Shown here: in pieces, positions 13,681 through 29,729 of the stretch | How positions within the stretch are numbered: position 1 is the stretch's first letter | Layout: each line of letters starts with the position of its first letter | Assembly: GCF_006345805.1 (NCBI RefSeq) | Contig: NC_043004.1 | Span: forward strand, 2,604,001-2,668,000 | Source of the DNA: Octopus sinensis | Taxonomy: Eukaryota | Length of the DNA stretch: 64,000 bases | Direction of reading: 5' to 3' | Translations under genes and position numbers: made by a program | Notes under the pieces: generated by a model | What the model saw: the letters and a program-made list of their open reading frames with translations, nothing else | Database searches by the model: none | Told to the model about the DNA's origin: nothing

Positions 13681-13876
13681 TTGTTCGGTGTAGGAACAAC
13701 TGGGTCGTGTGGCCATTCAGATATATTTCCAACGCTAGACGACAAAAATATATGAAAGAATTCCTCTCTACAAATAATTTATTTCTATAAATCTGTCACT
13801 TCATTATCAAAATTACATATGAGAGTATCATAGTTTTATTATTTACACTGTGTGTGTGAGAGAGAGATAGTTATGT

Positions 13877-13910
<34 letters not shown>

Positions 13911-14689
13911 GTGTGAGCTTGATAATAATTATAGCCATTGAATAATAAAGTAGTTTGATTTTTACAAATATTACAAAACTAAGAGAATTTCAGATAAGAC
14001 AACGAAGAAATATTTAAACGTATATTTTTAATGATTACGATACCTACGACTTAAAATTCGCAATCCGTTTCAACACCTGGAAAGTAATAAACGCTGCTTC
14101 CTGAGTATACATTTTTTTGGCGTAACATTGTAAAATCCCAAATCTTACAAAACTGCTTCAAGCAATTATGAAGGATTCAATTTTTATCAATAAGCGCAGA
14201 AAGTGAGTAAGCATATATGTACACCTACATACATTTACGCATACATACATGCATACACAGATAAACCCATGTAGGTGTGGATACGGACGGACTCATGACG
14301 GACTCATGTATCATTGTATCAATATATACCCAGTGATATACCTATTTATTTGATTCGAGTGAGGCCATGATGGAGCACTATCTTCAGCATTTAAGACGAA
14401 CAACAAATTGACTGTAGTACATGTTTCAAGTATGATACTAAACCTCAGAAACGGTTTATTGCCGAAAGGCTTGAATACGAGAGCTTATACGAAATAATAG
14501 CCGTTGCCGGTTATTGTCAACCTATACACACGCGCGCGCGCAGACACACACACACACACGCACAATAGTTTACATTCAGAAACACACTAACACACAAAAA
14601 TACAAAGACCTAAATATATGTATATGTGTGTATATAAATAGGTGAATATATACACACATATACATATACATATATATATAGAAAGAGAG

Positions 14690-14862
<173 letters not shown>

Positions 14863-15070
14863 GAGAGATATATACTGCCAAAGATACATACATTCTTATC
14901 TTTCAAGTGCATGCATTCGTATATATCTATGTGGAAGAGATATGTATGTGTACATATACATTTAATTCTATCCGTATAAGAAAACAAGTATTAAAGTTGA
15001 AAACCAACACTGGGTCGTAGGTTTTTGCTCGTATTGGAGCAAAAGCGTAAACGTATATATATAAGGTGAA

Positions 15071-15228
15071 TTCAAATTCCGCCAAGGTGGACTATGCCTT
15101 GCCTTTCATTCTTTCGGAGTCGATTAAATAAGTACCAGTTATGTACTGGGGTCGAGGTAATCGACTTAATCCGTTTGTCTGTCCTTGTTTGTCCCCTCTA
15201 TGTTTAGCCCGCTGTGGGCAATAAGGAA

Positions 15229-15229
<1 letters not shown>
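15071..15229 (+). mobile_element. 5'-truncated family-B SINE (tail 2) abutting (TA)n
   Basis: B box, Meta core, and tail ttaatccgtttgtctgtccttgtttgtcccc...aaggaaata. Confidence 0.85.
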
Positions 15230-15293
<64 letters not shown>

Positions 15294-15314
15294 GACATAT
15301 GCATGTATATTAAA

Positions 15315-15356
<42 letters not shown>

Positions 15357-15722
15357 TACATTAAATATGTATGTGTGTGTGTGTGCCTGTATCATACTTA
15401 TATACACTCCCGTATATAGCAATATGTACATATAGATAGATAGACAGATAGATAGAGACAAAGGGATAGTTACGTACATACGTATATACACAAACAGAAT
15501 TACTTATATATATATATAAGCACACACACACACATATATATATATATATTCATAACATATATTTGTACACATGTATATGTGTATATATAAATATATATGG
15601 ATGGATGGATGGATATATATATATTCATGTGTATATATATATACATATATATACATATACATATACATATACATATATATGTATATATGTATATATTATA
15701 TATATATATATCATATATATAA

Positions 15723-15765
<43 letters not shown>

Positions 15766-15776
15766 GTAGATATATA

Positions 15777-15832
<56 letters not shown>

Positions 15833-15990
15833 TATATATATATCTATTGTATATATATATATTGTATATATATATATATGTATAAAAAAGGAAATGAAGA
15901 AAATGCTGACAAATAATTGAAGTAATTAAGTAATTTAATTAGGTGAAAGTTCTTTTTACCGGTTGCGCATTTGTTATGCTTATCAAAATA

Positions 15991-16047
<57 letters not shown>

Positions 16048-16528
16048 CTCATAAGAAACGAAATTGTTATAAAAGGGTGAGATAACTTAAGTGAACGGAT
16101 AATGATAGACAACAAATAGAATCTCGTTGATTTATCGATCAGTCTGATCTGATAAAATGGTGTAAGAGTGAAGAAGAGATAGATATTGATGGACTAATGG
16201 GTCAATCCTAAAGTAAGAATATAATTTATCATTTTAAATGAAAGTACTCTTTTTAAAATCAATAGATCGCCCACTCGTGAAGAAAATAGATTACCAACTT
16301 AGGTGTGTGGTTGTGTGTAACTGTGTATGAGTGCGTGTGAGTGTATGTGTGTGTGTGTGTGTGGAAAAACATGAAAAGATATACTGATGCGCATATATGC
16401 GTGTGCGTGTATATAATATATATATATATATATATGCGTGTAAAAATATACATATATATGTATGACTATGAATATATATATATATGTACATATATATATA
16501 TATATATATTTATCTATAATATATATAT

Positions 16529-16559
<31 letters not shown>

Positions 16560-16591
16560 CATAATATATATGTATATATATGGATATATAC

Positions 16592-16669
<78 letters not shown>

Positions 16670-17188
16670 TACGCACAGATATAAAAATATTACAGCAGAA
16701 TTCGGAATTCATGTTATATAATATAAATAAATGTATGTGTGAGTGAATGTATGTACATATGTGTGTGTACATTTGTGCGTGTGTATGCATTATGTATGTG
16801 TATACATATTACATATATGTGGTATTATGTCATATATGCTCTATATAATATATGTATATATATATATATATATATATTATATATCTATATATATATGTAT
16901 ATATATAATATATATTGTACATAAATATTATATATTGTTTATGCGTATGGGTGCGTATTCATGTATGTATTATGTCGCGTATGTATAGATTAACGAGTGT
17001 ATATGTATGTTTTAGTGTTAATAAATGTATATGTCTCCCTCAGATATTTTCTACGTTTTAATCAGTAACTAATAAACTATTCGAAAACCAGCAATATATC
17101 TTCAAGAATTGATATCGATTACAATAAACGGGTTTTTTTTTCTTATTTTATGATTATGTCTTAATTGCTGGGCAAGAAACTGCTGTAT

Positions 17189-17227
<39 letters not shown>

Positions 17228-17580
17228 TCTATTTATTGCAATGAGGCAACAATTAATTACCAATAGCGAACCATCAGATATTTCAATGTTGTTTCGACCA
17301 TATATCTCTTTATGCTTCTGGTATACTCTCTCTCTCTCCCTTTCTCTCTTTCTCTTACTCGCGCAAGCTCTCTCGCTCTCTCTTTCTCTCTCTCTCTTTC
17401 ACTCTCTTCCTCTCTCAAATCTTAATACTCGTTAGAAATATGGCAGTTACTAAATAGTTACTATGTAGGTATTAAGTATCTCTCTGTATCACACTATCTC
17501 TCCCTTTCTCTGTATACATGCATATATATTTATATGTATGTATTTATGTATATATATATGTGTGTGTGTGTGTGCATGCA

Positions 17581-17639
<59 letters not shown>

Positions 17640-18512
17640 GATATACACATACATATTGCATAAAGATGCAGTGTACTTATAAAGAAACCGAAGAAATACT
17701 CAATACCGTAATACAGTATGATCATTTTTGTAAACTCTGTTACCACCCCGATTTCCTGATACTTAAGCGTTTAATTGTTCGAGATTTTGAAGAACATACA
17801 CATATGTGCGTGTATGTATATATATGATTTCAATACGAAGCAAATAATTCTGATTAGATAGCTCTCTGGCCATTGCATTCCAATCAAATCTATTTTAGGA
17901 ACTAGCTTTTCCACCGTATCGTCTCTTTTATAGGAGAATGATGTGTCGTTTGAGTGATATTTGGATGTTATTTCTAGAAAGTTGAGTAACTTAGTCAAGG
18001 TTTATTCATTGGGGTTTTTTTCTTCTTTTTAGTAGAAACACTAATGAATTATGGTGACGAATTTCTTCCTTCATTGAAGGTTTGAGGATGTCTGAGACGA
18101 TAGAATGGACACCACCAGTAAGGCTACGGTATGTGTCCTACATCTGTAGTTGTAGCGTATCGGTATCCATTATAGATTATTCTCGATTGTTCTTCCCACA
18201 TAAAGACAATTACTTACAGCTCTATGCAGTGTATAGAGCCAGTTGTTGGCAGCCATGTTGAAGTGCTGCCTCCAAGAGTTTAGTCTATAATATATACTTC
18301 TACAGTTGATCTTAAATCTGCAATTTATCATACGCACACACTCACACACGCGCACATGTACACAAACATATGCGTGTATGTATATGACTGTGTGTAAATA
18401 TGTAAAAAGACAGTTTGTTTGCGTTTAGCATAAAACTAAATAGGCAGAAAAAGTGTGATTTTTTTCTTTCATATTGAAAGTATCTGCGTTAACAGCTTAA
18501 CTGATAAATATT

Positions 18513-18699
18513 ACAGTCCTATATTTAAGAGATGAGGAATTATGTACATTATTTACATTATTTACATTTGACGGATATTTGTCTTCATCTTGCTTGTTGT
18601 TAACACTACGTTTCGGCTGATATACCCTCCCGCCTTCATCAGGTGTCTTGGGGGAAATTTCGAACCTGGGTTCTCATTCCTTAGGTATTTTTCGATGTT

Positions 18700-18772
<73 letters not shown>

Positions 18773-18792
18773 TCACTGCTTGGAATCGAACT
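18513..18792 (-). mobile_element. H1 element (tRNA B box-(TAA)n-hammerhead tail), 5' truncated
   Basis: Co-linear with the copies at 45114-45559, 53576-53801 and 56921-57200. Confidence 0.9.
18602..18647 (-). ncRNA. Minimal type I hammerhead motif (H1), GUA triplet
   Basis: GACAC-CTGATGA-A-GGCGG(GAGGGTATAT)CAGCC-GAAAC-GTA-GTGTT. Confidence 0.7.
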
Positions 18793-19086
18793 TCACAGTT
18801 TTTGGTCTTTAATCAAGAAAAATGTGCTGGTTTTTAACTAAGGAAATTATAATCTCGTTGTCATCGTAACAGAAATTCCTTCATAATGTCTTCAATATTC
18901 CCCATCCTATCTACAGCATCATATTAAACTCTTCTTTTAGATTGTGTGTAACTGGAAATCAAACAAAATATTACTGTTGCATTTTGCAACGATATTCAAA
19001 TGAACGCTATGTAAGAAATGTCAAAAATTCGAAAAATATGTAGTAAAATATTGTTTACCTTATTTTGTCAATCATTGATATGTCGA

Positions 19087-19561
19087 GGAGGCGCAATGGC
19101 CCAGTGATTAGGGCAGTGGACTCGCGGTTGTAGGATCGTGTTTTCGATTGCCAGACCGCGCGTTGTGAGTTTTTTGAGAGAAAATACCTAAAGCTCGACG
19201 AGGCTTCGGCAGTGGGTGGTGGTGAACCCTGCTGTACTCTTTCACCACAACTTTCTCTCACTCTTTCTTACTCTTTCTCTAGTACCTGTATTTTCAAAGT
19301 GCCAGCCTTGTCACACACTGTGTCACGCTGAATCTCTACGAAGACTACGTTAAGGGTACACGTATTTGTGGAGTGCTCAGACACTTACCTCTTAATAAAT
19401 GGGCTGCGACGTCTCTGGTGCCAAGCTGTATCGGACTTTGCTTTTCCCTTGGATAACATCAGTAGTGTGAAGTGAGGAGGCTATTATGCGTGAGCGACTG
19501 CTGGTCTTCCATAAACAATCTTGTCCAGACTTGTGTCTCGGAGGGTAACTTTCTAGGTGCA
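19087..19561 (+). mobile_element. tRNA-derived SINE family A (tail X)
   Basis: Co-linear with 3146-3641. Confidence 0.85.
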
Positions 19562-20449
19562 GCAGTCACAACAACAAGATATATCTAACACGTCTTCTGA
19601 AGATGCTAAACCGCTTGCATATATTTCTTCTATTCTTAGATTATATTTTTAAAATTCCACGACTTACGACGCACCATTTATGGGCCATGTGTAATACACG
19701 CTCCACAATCACAAAGTTTTGTACAGTGCCAACTACGGAACTTCTTCATCCTTCCTAGAAATATTAACCCAACATCCCTTACTTTGATTCCTCTATGTTA
19801 AAAAAGATATCCGCACATTCATAAATGGCGTTCTAGATATAGAAAAAGGATTGAGAGGCATGACTGGAAAGCTTTAGATCAATCACAAGTATATATGGCT
19901 AAACAGCAACAGTCCGACATTTCAAGGTCGTTTGAATGAATTACAATCTCCCGGACAGGAACATCCTTCAAACAATTTCCCTATAAACACTGTCGTTTGC
20001 TACACAAGAAATGTATTGCTTACATGACTCAAGCCCAAGTTTCCAAAGAAATATCAATTTTCTTGCTACTATCAGCATCGTAGTCGTCGCTGTAGTCGTT
20101 CTTGTTGTGGTGATGATTTTATCCCAGTTCATCCCCGATCGGCTTCTAACAAGCAATGTACAAACTGTCCCTGGGTTTTATTTAACTTGTTATATATTTT
20201 ACAAGGTTGGATCATGAAGATCATTCGGCTACTATTTTGGTGCAGTCGATCACTTGCCTAATGGTCCCTAATATTAAACTGTACCAACATGAAGCGTTGT
20301 TGTTCGTTAGCCCCAGGTTGTACCTCACAGAGCAGACCAATGGTCATCTCATTTCAGGACAGTTTCTTTGATTATTTCGGGGACAATTTCTTTAAACTTG
20401 TGTCCACTTCAAACAAATGAAGCAACACTTCAGGACCCCAACACTTAGC

Positions 20450-20524
20450 AATGATTCGAATCCAACTACATTTCTTATTCAAAACAATATACTAGAATTT
20501 TCTCAATATGTACATATATATATA

Positions 20525-20591
<67 letters not shown>

Positions 20592-20670
20592 GTATATATA
20601 TATATATATATATACATACATATATAATATATATATATATATGTACATATATATGTACATATATATATAT

Positions 20671-20715
<45 letters not shown>

Positions 20716-20754
20716 GTATATATATATTATACATATATATATACATATATATAC

Positions 20755-20817
<63 letters not shown>

Positions 20818-20836
20818 TATATACATATATATATAC

Positions 20837-20881
<45 letters not shown>

Positions 20882-20910
20882 ATATAATTAAGATAATATA
20901 ATATAGATAA
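20450..20910. repeat. Long impure (TA)n microsatellite, representative of dozens of TA/CA tracts in the window
   Basis: Read directly from the sequence. Confidence 0.95.
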
Positions 20911-21059
20911 TATAATATTGTGTATCCAGACCGAGAACTACTTCAAAATATGAACCCCTACTTAGGACTTGAGTCTCTAACGCATCCAGGAGTTCATCAG
21001 GTCGGAAATTATTCGGTTGACATGGTACATAGGTATCTGAGAGTAAAATACTTCACAAC

Positions 21060-21250
21060 CGAACGGAACGCCAGTATATTGCAGGACTAACGTCCACTTG
21101 TTAATCCGGTGACTGGTGATGCCTATTTTCAGCTGAGTGGACTGTGGCAATATGAAAATAAGTATTTTTGCTCAAAATATACACCGCGACACCAAGTGTG
21201 GGATTCGAAACCTTACTTCACCTTTGGATCATGAGTCTAACAGCATAACA
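21060..21250 (-). mobile_element. Diverged V/CORE-type tRNA SINE
   Basis: cagctgagtggactg...aagtatttttgctcaaaata...ggattcgaaacc is similar to the head and central domain at 9330-9404. Confidence 0.5.
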
Positions 21251-21347
21251 ACCATAATATGTATATTTATATATATATATATATATAATATATATATATG
21301 TACATATACGTAAATGTGTGTGTATGTAAATATACATGTATATATAC

Positions 21348-21378
<31 letters not shown>

Positions 21379-22203
21379 TATATATAGATATATATATATA
21401 TATATACATACATATATATACATATGTATGTATGCATGTATCTATCTACCTATCTATTATATATATATGTGTGTATATAAGACTGTAATTTTGATGTGTA
21501 TATCAGCCAGATTTGAAATTGTCACTTGGTTTTTATAACATCGTTATTTTGTAGGGTTTTTTTTCTTCTTTTAGTTCGTTTTGTAATATTAGCCACCAAA
21601 CATTGCTCCGCCCTTCAACACCTCCTCACTGATGTAAACAACTACAACTTCCTCCATATTACTGATTCCCACCTCTCGTTGCCAAATGACATTTAATACC
21701 AGCTACCAGCATTTTCCTTTGACCCGTTGGCAAGCACAAACAACATTTTCGCTTCTCTCATCTCTCCCGATCACGTCCCATTTTATAGTAGTTATCTTCT
21801 CATCCTGCGGCCCTGTACCCTTTTATTCCAGATCCAACATCAAACGACACGCCTATGTCCGCACATCATTGCCTCAGTTATCATGCACTTTTTCTCTTCC
21901 TTTCATTGTAATTTTTTGTTTTTGTCTTCTGTTTTTGTTTTATTCTCACCATTGCAACAACTTTTTTTTTCCTCCATTATCCTCATCATTTAGATAACTC
22001 TTTCCTTCTCCCCTCCGATGATAATGTGAAATACCCAGCTCTTGTTCTAACTGCTAATACGCTTAACTTTTTCTTCATTCTCCTAAAAAACAAAAATTAC
22101 AGCACAACACTTTCTCTTCCTAACATTCTTTTCGTCTTCCCTGTTCTCACTCTCACTCCTCATTTTCCTGTTCTTAACTCTCTCTCTTTCCATCCTCTCT
22201 CTC

Positions 22204-22250
<47 letters not shown>

Positions 22251-23369
22251 TATGTATGTGTGTATATGTATATACACACAGGCACTCACATGGATACTAT
22301 ATACATATATATTGTCGTATATGCATCTATATGTATACATACGCGTTAATATGGTATGTATGTGTGTTCCTGTGTGTATGTGTATGTGTGTCTGTGTGCA
22401 TGAGGTGAAATCAGTCTGTTCTTTTATGCAATAGTACTCAAAAATAACCAACGGAGTCTAATTACACTCCTCTGAAAATGTCCATCAAATAAGTATACAT
22501 AATTCTATATAATCATTCCATTCTTCAGGTTACGAAACATATGTAAAGTGAAGAAATTAAGTGGAAAGTACTTTCCTTCCTGAGAAACCGCAATAACTAA
22601 AACGAGAGTACCACTATCTCTCAGTCTGTTCCAAACGAAAAAAAAAAAGAATCATCCTATGATCATTCACTTTATCATTGGTTATCGAGAAGGTAATATT
22701 CGACGTGTCCGGCGAACATATATTTAGTTGGAACGTCACTTTGGATATAAAACCGACCGGGACTGAGAAAGCCACCAAAGCGAGTGAAATGATATCCCGT
22801 CGGATAATTATCATTTTTAGAGGTATGGAAAGCTGCTCGCTATAAGGAATAGTTTTCCTTGGGCAAGGTATCTATATACTTGTAAGACTCACAGGAATAT
22901 AACGGAGTATATTGTCTCTTGTCTAAGGGAAGTATAACACGGAAAGAGCTCAACGCTTAACTTATAAAATAACTATAAATTACGCGATGCCAAAACTTCG
23001 CGCACTCAAACACACACACACATAAAACATATGCATGCACACATACATACAAGTGTGTGTATACTCATACGCATGTATTTATAGTTATATACAGTGGCAG
23101 TTTGATGCCAATTTGCTCAAGTTTGTCTATAAATATATGTACATATTTATGCATCTGATATATGTACCTGCACTTATACATGCATGTATGCTGGAATATA
23201 CATATGTATGTATGTGCTTCTTGTTAGTTATTTCTGTTCTTGTTAGTGTAAGAGATTGTTACTAAATATAAAACAAACTTTCGTTGCTAATAATTCCAAA
23301 GAAAATACAATGTTTTACTTGCTGAAATTAAGAAAAGTCTCGCATACTTTTATTTTGTCGTTTCACATT

Positions 23370-23785
<416 letters not shown>

Positions 23786-24449
23786 GTTTCTGGTTCCTGC
23801 GTCTATGTTTCTTCTAATTGTTTCCTAATAAAAATTTCTTTCGAATATCAGCCTTTTTTCCAAGATAAAATTCTGTCTTCCACAGAAGGAAACCTGTGAC
23901 ATATATTGGTTGTCATCTCACACCTCTGTAAAATAATGATTGATATCGATTAATGTTTCTTTTTATTTCTTTTTTTTTACAAAGTTTTCTATCACACTCT
24001 TCTCGTGGCGTTTTACCTACCATCTTTTAGCTCTTGTTTCTGGATGATCAACTTGTACTCAAGCCTTATTTTATACTATCCCTCCCCATCAGAAAAAAAC
24101 ATTGTTTATGATTTATTTTTCACTCCTCTCCGACAAGCTCAGTTGTTATTTGTGCGTTTGCTTGTGATTAGCATCGCTATACCATTCATAGTTTTCCGTA
24201 GATCAACGATCCCTTTTCCTTAAGTATGTATTCACGAATTCTTCGCCCATTCAGAATGAAACTATTTGCAATTGTGTGCACACATATGAGACACTTTATT
24301 GTTTCATTGACAATCAAAGGTCATTTCGTCTGAACTTTGTTTACATCCTTCCGTCTAACATAGATCCGGTCACTGACTCTATCGATGTGCCAAAAAAAAA
24401 ATCAATGATGGTTAAAACTTTCCTCTACATCTGTCTGTTATCTTAAATG

Positions 24450-25790
24450 TTGGCTCTTGTACTGGATGGGATGTGGGCTTATTGAGTGAAGACAGCTCTA
24501 ACTTGCATAAATTCAAAAACTTATGAAGTATTCTTCTCTCACTCTAGCAACATTTTTGTAGATTCCAACATATTCGTAGTATTATCATTATATGCGGGTG
24601 AGATAGAACAGCTCCTGATATCATAGCCTTTGTCTAGTTTGCAATTCCTTTCGAACCACCTCACCTCAAAATGTGAACACATATTATGACCAAAGTCTCT
24701 TATCTTCTGTGGGACTGTTGTGAGTTGCTCTGCCTCTTGATATCGTGTTTATTAGAGGAACAAAGCTTCGATCCTTCGAAATAAAAGGTGTGGATGACAT
24801 TCATAGTTTTTCTTGGATTTAGGTTCTATCAAGAAGTCTAAGCATTTTCTCAAAGTTTCTGATAAATATTTCATTGCCAAAAAGAACAGCAGTATTACAA
24901 ATAAATTGCCACGTGGAACATTCATGTTGATAAAGTATAGCTATGGCTATGGTAGTTCTTACACGATTTAATAATAGATGATGGACAATGTTAGTGATAA
25001 ACGATGGAGAATTTCTTTTAATGGCTTAAGATATGGTAAATGGGATCTTGGAAAGGCAGAGTGACTAGACCCTGGTTTCATTGAGTGAAAGACAGAATGA
25101 AACGTTTTCTTATGAGTTTAGTTATACTGTCGGCAAAGTTCGCGATGCTGCTGGACTTAAAGACAGATTTGTCGGTGAGCATCGGTGGGTCATAACTTCA
25201 TACCACTGTCTCTACTCTTGTCAACTCACTAATCACTACATCTACAGCAGTGATTTTAGAGAAATATTTTCATACATCCTTTATACACTTTGTACATACG
25301 ATGTTATGAGCCTGTAGAATTTTGTCGTAGATATTTCAAGGTTCCTAGACATGATGTTTTCTGTTAAACTGCTGACCTGTCTAAATTAATGAACTCAGTA
25401 TTCACTTCCTAAAGGGCTGATGGGAATGTTTCTGTACAAAAATTTCCTCTTCCAGTAACCGACTATCAGAGTTCTCTGCGGCAAATATGTGTTCTGTATT
25501 TCTGCAACAGCCGTTAGGAGTTTTACCGGAGACGTCATATATTGTAAAAGGGTGTTTATATATTATTCACTGTATGTCTTATTTATCCACCCTGCATTGC
25601 AGTTGCGCTGCTTCTTTCATTCTGGATCCCTCCTCTCCCCAACGGGGCTCCGAATCCTCTTGGGATGAATGTGTTAGAATCTTGATATAGTCTTTCATGC
25701 CGCTATATTCAGTTTGGAAATTCCAACTAATACTTGATAGTCCTACGATTTCCCAAAATAAGATTTTGGCCTGCTACCCGTAATTTTTGT
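24450..25790 (-). pseudogene. Possible highly decayed non-LTR retrotransposon ORF2 (RT) remnant
   Basis: Minus-strand IRSCSISPAYND resembles the RT motif GxRQGCxLSPxLFN; many stops and frameshifts; weak. Confidence 0.3.
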
Positions 25791-25915
25791 TTAAAAGCAG
25801 TCGGTGCAACAGGTACCCTAATCGTTGACTCATATTTTTGAGGGTCTATGATAAAGCCGTAGCTTGAGAGTCGTGAATCCATTATTCACGTTCCACTTAA
25901 TATTATTTTCTACTC

Positions 25916-26524
25916 CAGGCACACAGCCCGAAAATTTTGGGGAGGTGGTCCAGTCGATTAGATCGACCACAGTACACAACTGGTACTTAATTTATTGACT
26001 CATCCTCCCCTCTTCCGAAAGTATGAAAGGTAAAATCGACCTCGGCGGAATTTTAACTCGGAACGTAAAGACAGACGAAATATCGCAAAGCATTTCACGT
26101 GGCGTGGTAACGTTTCTTATTTCTTTATTGCTCACAAGGGGCTAAACATAGCGGGAACAAACAAGGACAGATAAAGGGATAAAGTCGATTACATCGACCC
26201 CAGTGCGTGACTGGTACTTAATTTATCGTCCCTGATAGGATGAAGGGCAAAGTCGACCTCGGCGGAATTTGAACTCAGAACGTTAAGAAAGACGAAATAC
26301 CTATTTCTTTACTTCCCACAAGGGACTAAACATAGAGAGGACAAACATAGGTATTAAGTCGATTACATCAACCCCAGTGCATAACTGGTACATAATTTAT
26401 CGACCCCGAAAGGATGAAAAGCAAAGTCGACCTTGGCGAAATTTGAACTCAGAACGTAGCGGCAGACGAAATACCGCTAAGCATTTCGCCCGGCGTGCTA
26501 ACGATTCTGCCAGCTCGCCACCTT
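25916..26524 (-). mobile_element. Family-B SINE trimer
   Basis: Three Meta cores with junctions at 26116/26117 and 26301/26302. Confidence 0.9.
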
Positions 26525-27536
26525 AACTTTCCACTTTCCATTTAATATTATCGATGTTTCTTCGCTGTATATTCTTTTTCTTTTTCTTCTTTAGTTTTCC
26601 GAAGAATATGATCTTCGTTTGGGTGTGTGTTATCATTTCGATCACTCTCACTAAATCTCATGTTAACGCATAATTGTAAAACAATATAGTAAAACATTCA
26701 ATGTACACAAGCTGGGATTTTCGCTTTATGGCGGTTGATTATTTTGTCCTGATTTGATCGATCAATGACTACAGCAATCAATAGGATTTTCCCATCGCCT
26801 TGTGTGCTAATAGGTTTTTCATTTAGTATATTGTTGATGGAAACAGTGAAGTTTTTAAATTATTGCTGGGATTTGCATTTTGATATATTTGAAAACTTGA
26901 ACAATTTCGATATGTTCGTAAACGGTGAATACCTCGACTTATAATGGCGGTGTTCATATCTCTATGTTAACGGTTAATATTTTGATTGTTTCTCATGATT
27001 TAAACAATTTTTCCAGGACTGAATCGATGATTTTGCTGGCACTGTTATCTATTGTCCACTTTTGATGGTTGAATTTGCTACCTAGAACAATATATTTCTT
27101 AACCAATTCTACTTGAAATATAAGGAGATAAGATATTTAGACCCGAATAGTCCTTCAGTTTCTTCGTATGATAGACCAAGATGTCTTCTGTAATCATTTT
27201 GTTTACTTCTTGCAGGTCTTGGCTTCATTCTAAAACTTAGATTGTAGTTCACCCCATCGCTCAACGACCGGTGATATCTGTTTTCTGCAGTTCCGGTCTT
27301 TCTACGTCCAATACATTAATATTCTACGCGATGTTGACCGGTTTAATTTTATTGCTTCGTAGCTGCAAAGATATTCTTTAAGAAAGCCGTATTCTTTGTA
27401 CAAATACAAGCAAGATCACAATACTTTTTTCTTCTACCATTTGTATATTAATGATAAAACTTCGAGGGACAACATTCTTGGCTCAAAATGATAAATAGTC
27501 TCCTGAAGACACCTAAACACATACATACATATATAC

Positions 27537-27571
<35 letters not shown>

Positions 27572-28696
27572 TGTATGTATGTATGTATATATGTATGTAT
27601 GTAACCATATATGTGTGTTTGCATGTATGTATGCCTGTATGTATATACAACAGATGTTTCAATAGGTGTTCATTGATATTACCAATCGACTTTCGTTATT
27701 ATATTGGAGAATATCGTGTTTCGTACAAGCTTAACATTTAAGTGATCAAGTTAGGAAGGTCGATATCATTAGACAGATCAAGTTCAGAGCTAGATAGCTC
27801 TTCGTATTATTCACACACTGACAGGGAACATAGGTCTGGCGTTCATGATATATATAGACTGACAAACTCCTGCATAACGTGATGAGCATTTTACAGAAAA
27901 AAAACTTAAGTGCAACAACATCGTTTCATGTATATGAATTTAAACTTCTAATCCTGTATTGAACGTTTTCTTACGATCTACGTTTATGTTCAAACAGAAT
28001 AGCAAGGATTCTATTTGTGTAACACAAAAAAAGCACACGCGCGCACCTCCACACACGCACCTGGTACACATGCACATACACATATATATATAAGTGTGAG
28101 TATGTAAACACATACATATACATATATATATACATATATACACATACATGTATGTGTATGTATATATATATGTGCGTATGAGTGTATGTGTATAATTATA
28201 CAAACGCATACATATATACATATACATATATATATATATACGTATGATGGTATCGAGATAATCAGGCAGCTAAACACGATTAGGCTTTACATATATAAAC
28301 GTTGCTCCAGCTAAGGCGGTGTTTCAGCATAGCTGTAGTCAAATGACTGAAACAAGTAAAAGAATACAAGAGTATATGCATATTCACATATAGATACACA
28401 TACATATGGATACATGTCACTCCATATATACAGAAGATAAGCATATGTACGCATACATATATATATTTATGTATATCTACATATATTTAGACACATATCT
28501 TTAATTGTAGCTTAAAATATACAGAATACATAGGGAAGGCAAATATTTTGAACACGACACCTGTTCCTGGAAGCTCGGAATTACGTAATAATCGTAATGT
28601 TAATGATTAGCAGATGGTGTGTGCAAAATAGAGTATACATACACATTACATACATGTGTGTGCATACTTGTATGAGTGAGTCGTTTAATACACTTT

Positions 28697-29085
28697 TATT
28701 CTTTTACTTGCTTCAGTCATTTGATTGTAACCATGCTGGTGCACCGCCTATTAGTCGAACAAATCGACCTCAAGACTTATTCTTTATAAGCCTAGTACAT
28801 ATACTATTGGTCTCTTTTTCTGAACCGCTAAGATACGGGACGTAAACACGTCATCGGTTGTCAAGTGATGGTGGTGGGACAAACACTGACACATAAATAC
28901 ATACATGTGTGTGTGTGTACATATAATACGACAAGCTTCTTCCGGTTTCCATTTACTAAAGCCACTCACAAGGCTTTGGTCAACCCGAGGATCTAGTAAA
29001 TGCCCCTTGACGAAGGTGTCACACAGTGGGCCTGAACTCGGTACTATGTGTTTTGGAAGCAAGCTTCTTACCACACACCCACTCA
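28697..29085 (-). mobile_element. Family-C CORE-type SINE, diverged
   Basis: Co-linear with 30193-30655. Confidence 0.8.
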
Positions 29086-29655
29086 AAATGTGACATCCTT
29101 TAAGCATTCCATTCTACTCTCATGCAACACATAAAATCTTGAAGTCTCAATAAAAGTACAAATGTCATGACAACTGCATATAAACTAATATTTGTCAAAG
29201 AAGTGTGTCAAAATCTGGAATATATATGATGTGAAAGTTCTCCGTTTATAGCATTTTTCCATGCATATTTCAATACAGGTTAACTGTTGCTAGATGTTGT
29301 TGGTAATTTACATGTTCCTATAAAGTGCCGGGTGTCACAATAATACCATAGTGGCCTTCTTGATGAATCTACGCGTGAGTTGTGTGTTTGATTCAAGAAA
29401 GCCTAACTGGAAGCCAATTCCATATAAAACGACACAATACTTTATACGACTATAGAGAGAGACGCACGGAGACACTAAGGATGTACATGTATACATACAT
29501 AGATGTGTCTGAGTGAGTGCGTGCGTTGGGCTTCGTGTCTATTACTTCTATCAAAAGCTGGAAGCTGATTCTGAATATCTTCTCGGTTTAAGCTGTCCAT
29601 TGTACATAATTGATATACACACATATATATTTTTACATACACACGCATATATATG

Positions 29656-29729
<74 letters not shown>

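Noticed and set aside
26700-27480. IEIVQVFKYI / VELVKKYIVLGS peptides resembling the LINE thumb motif (minus)
   Set aside because: Short isolated matches in heavily stopped frames; not enough to call.
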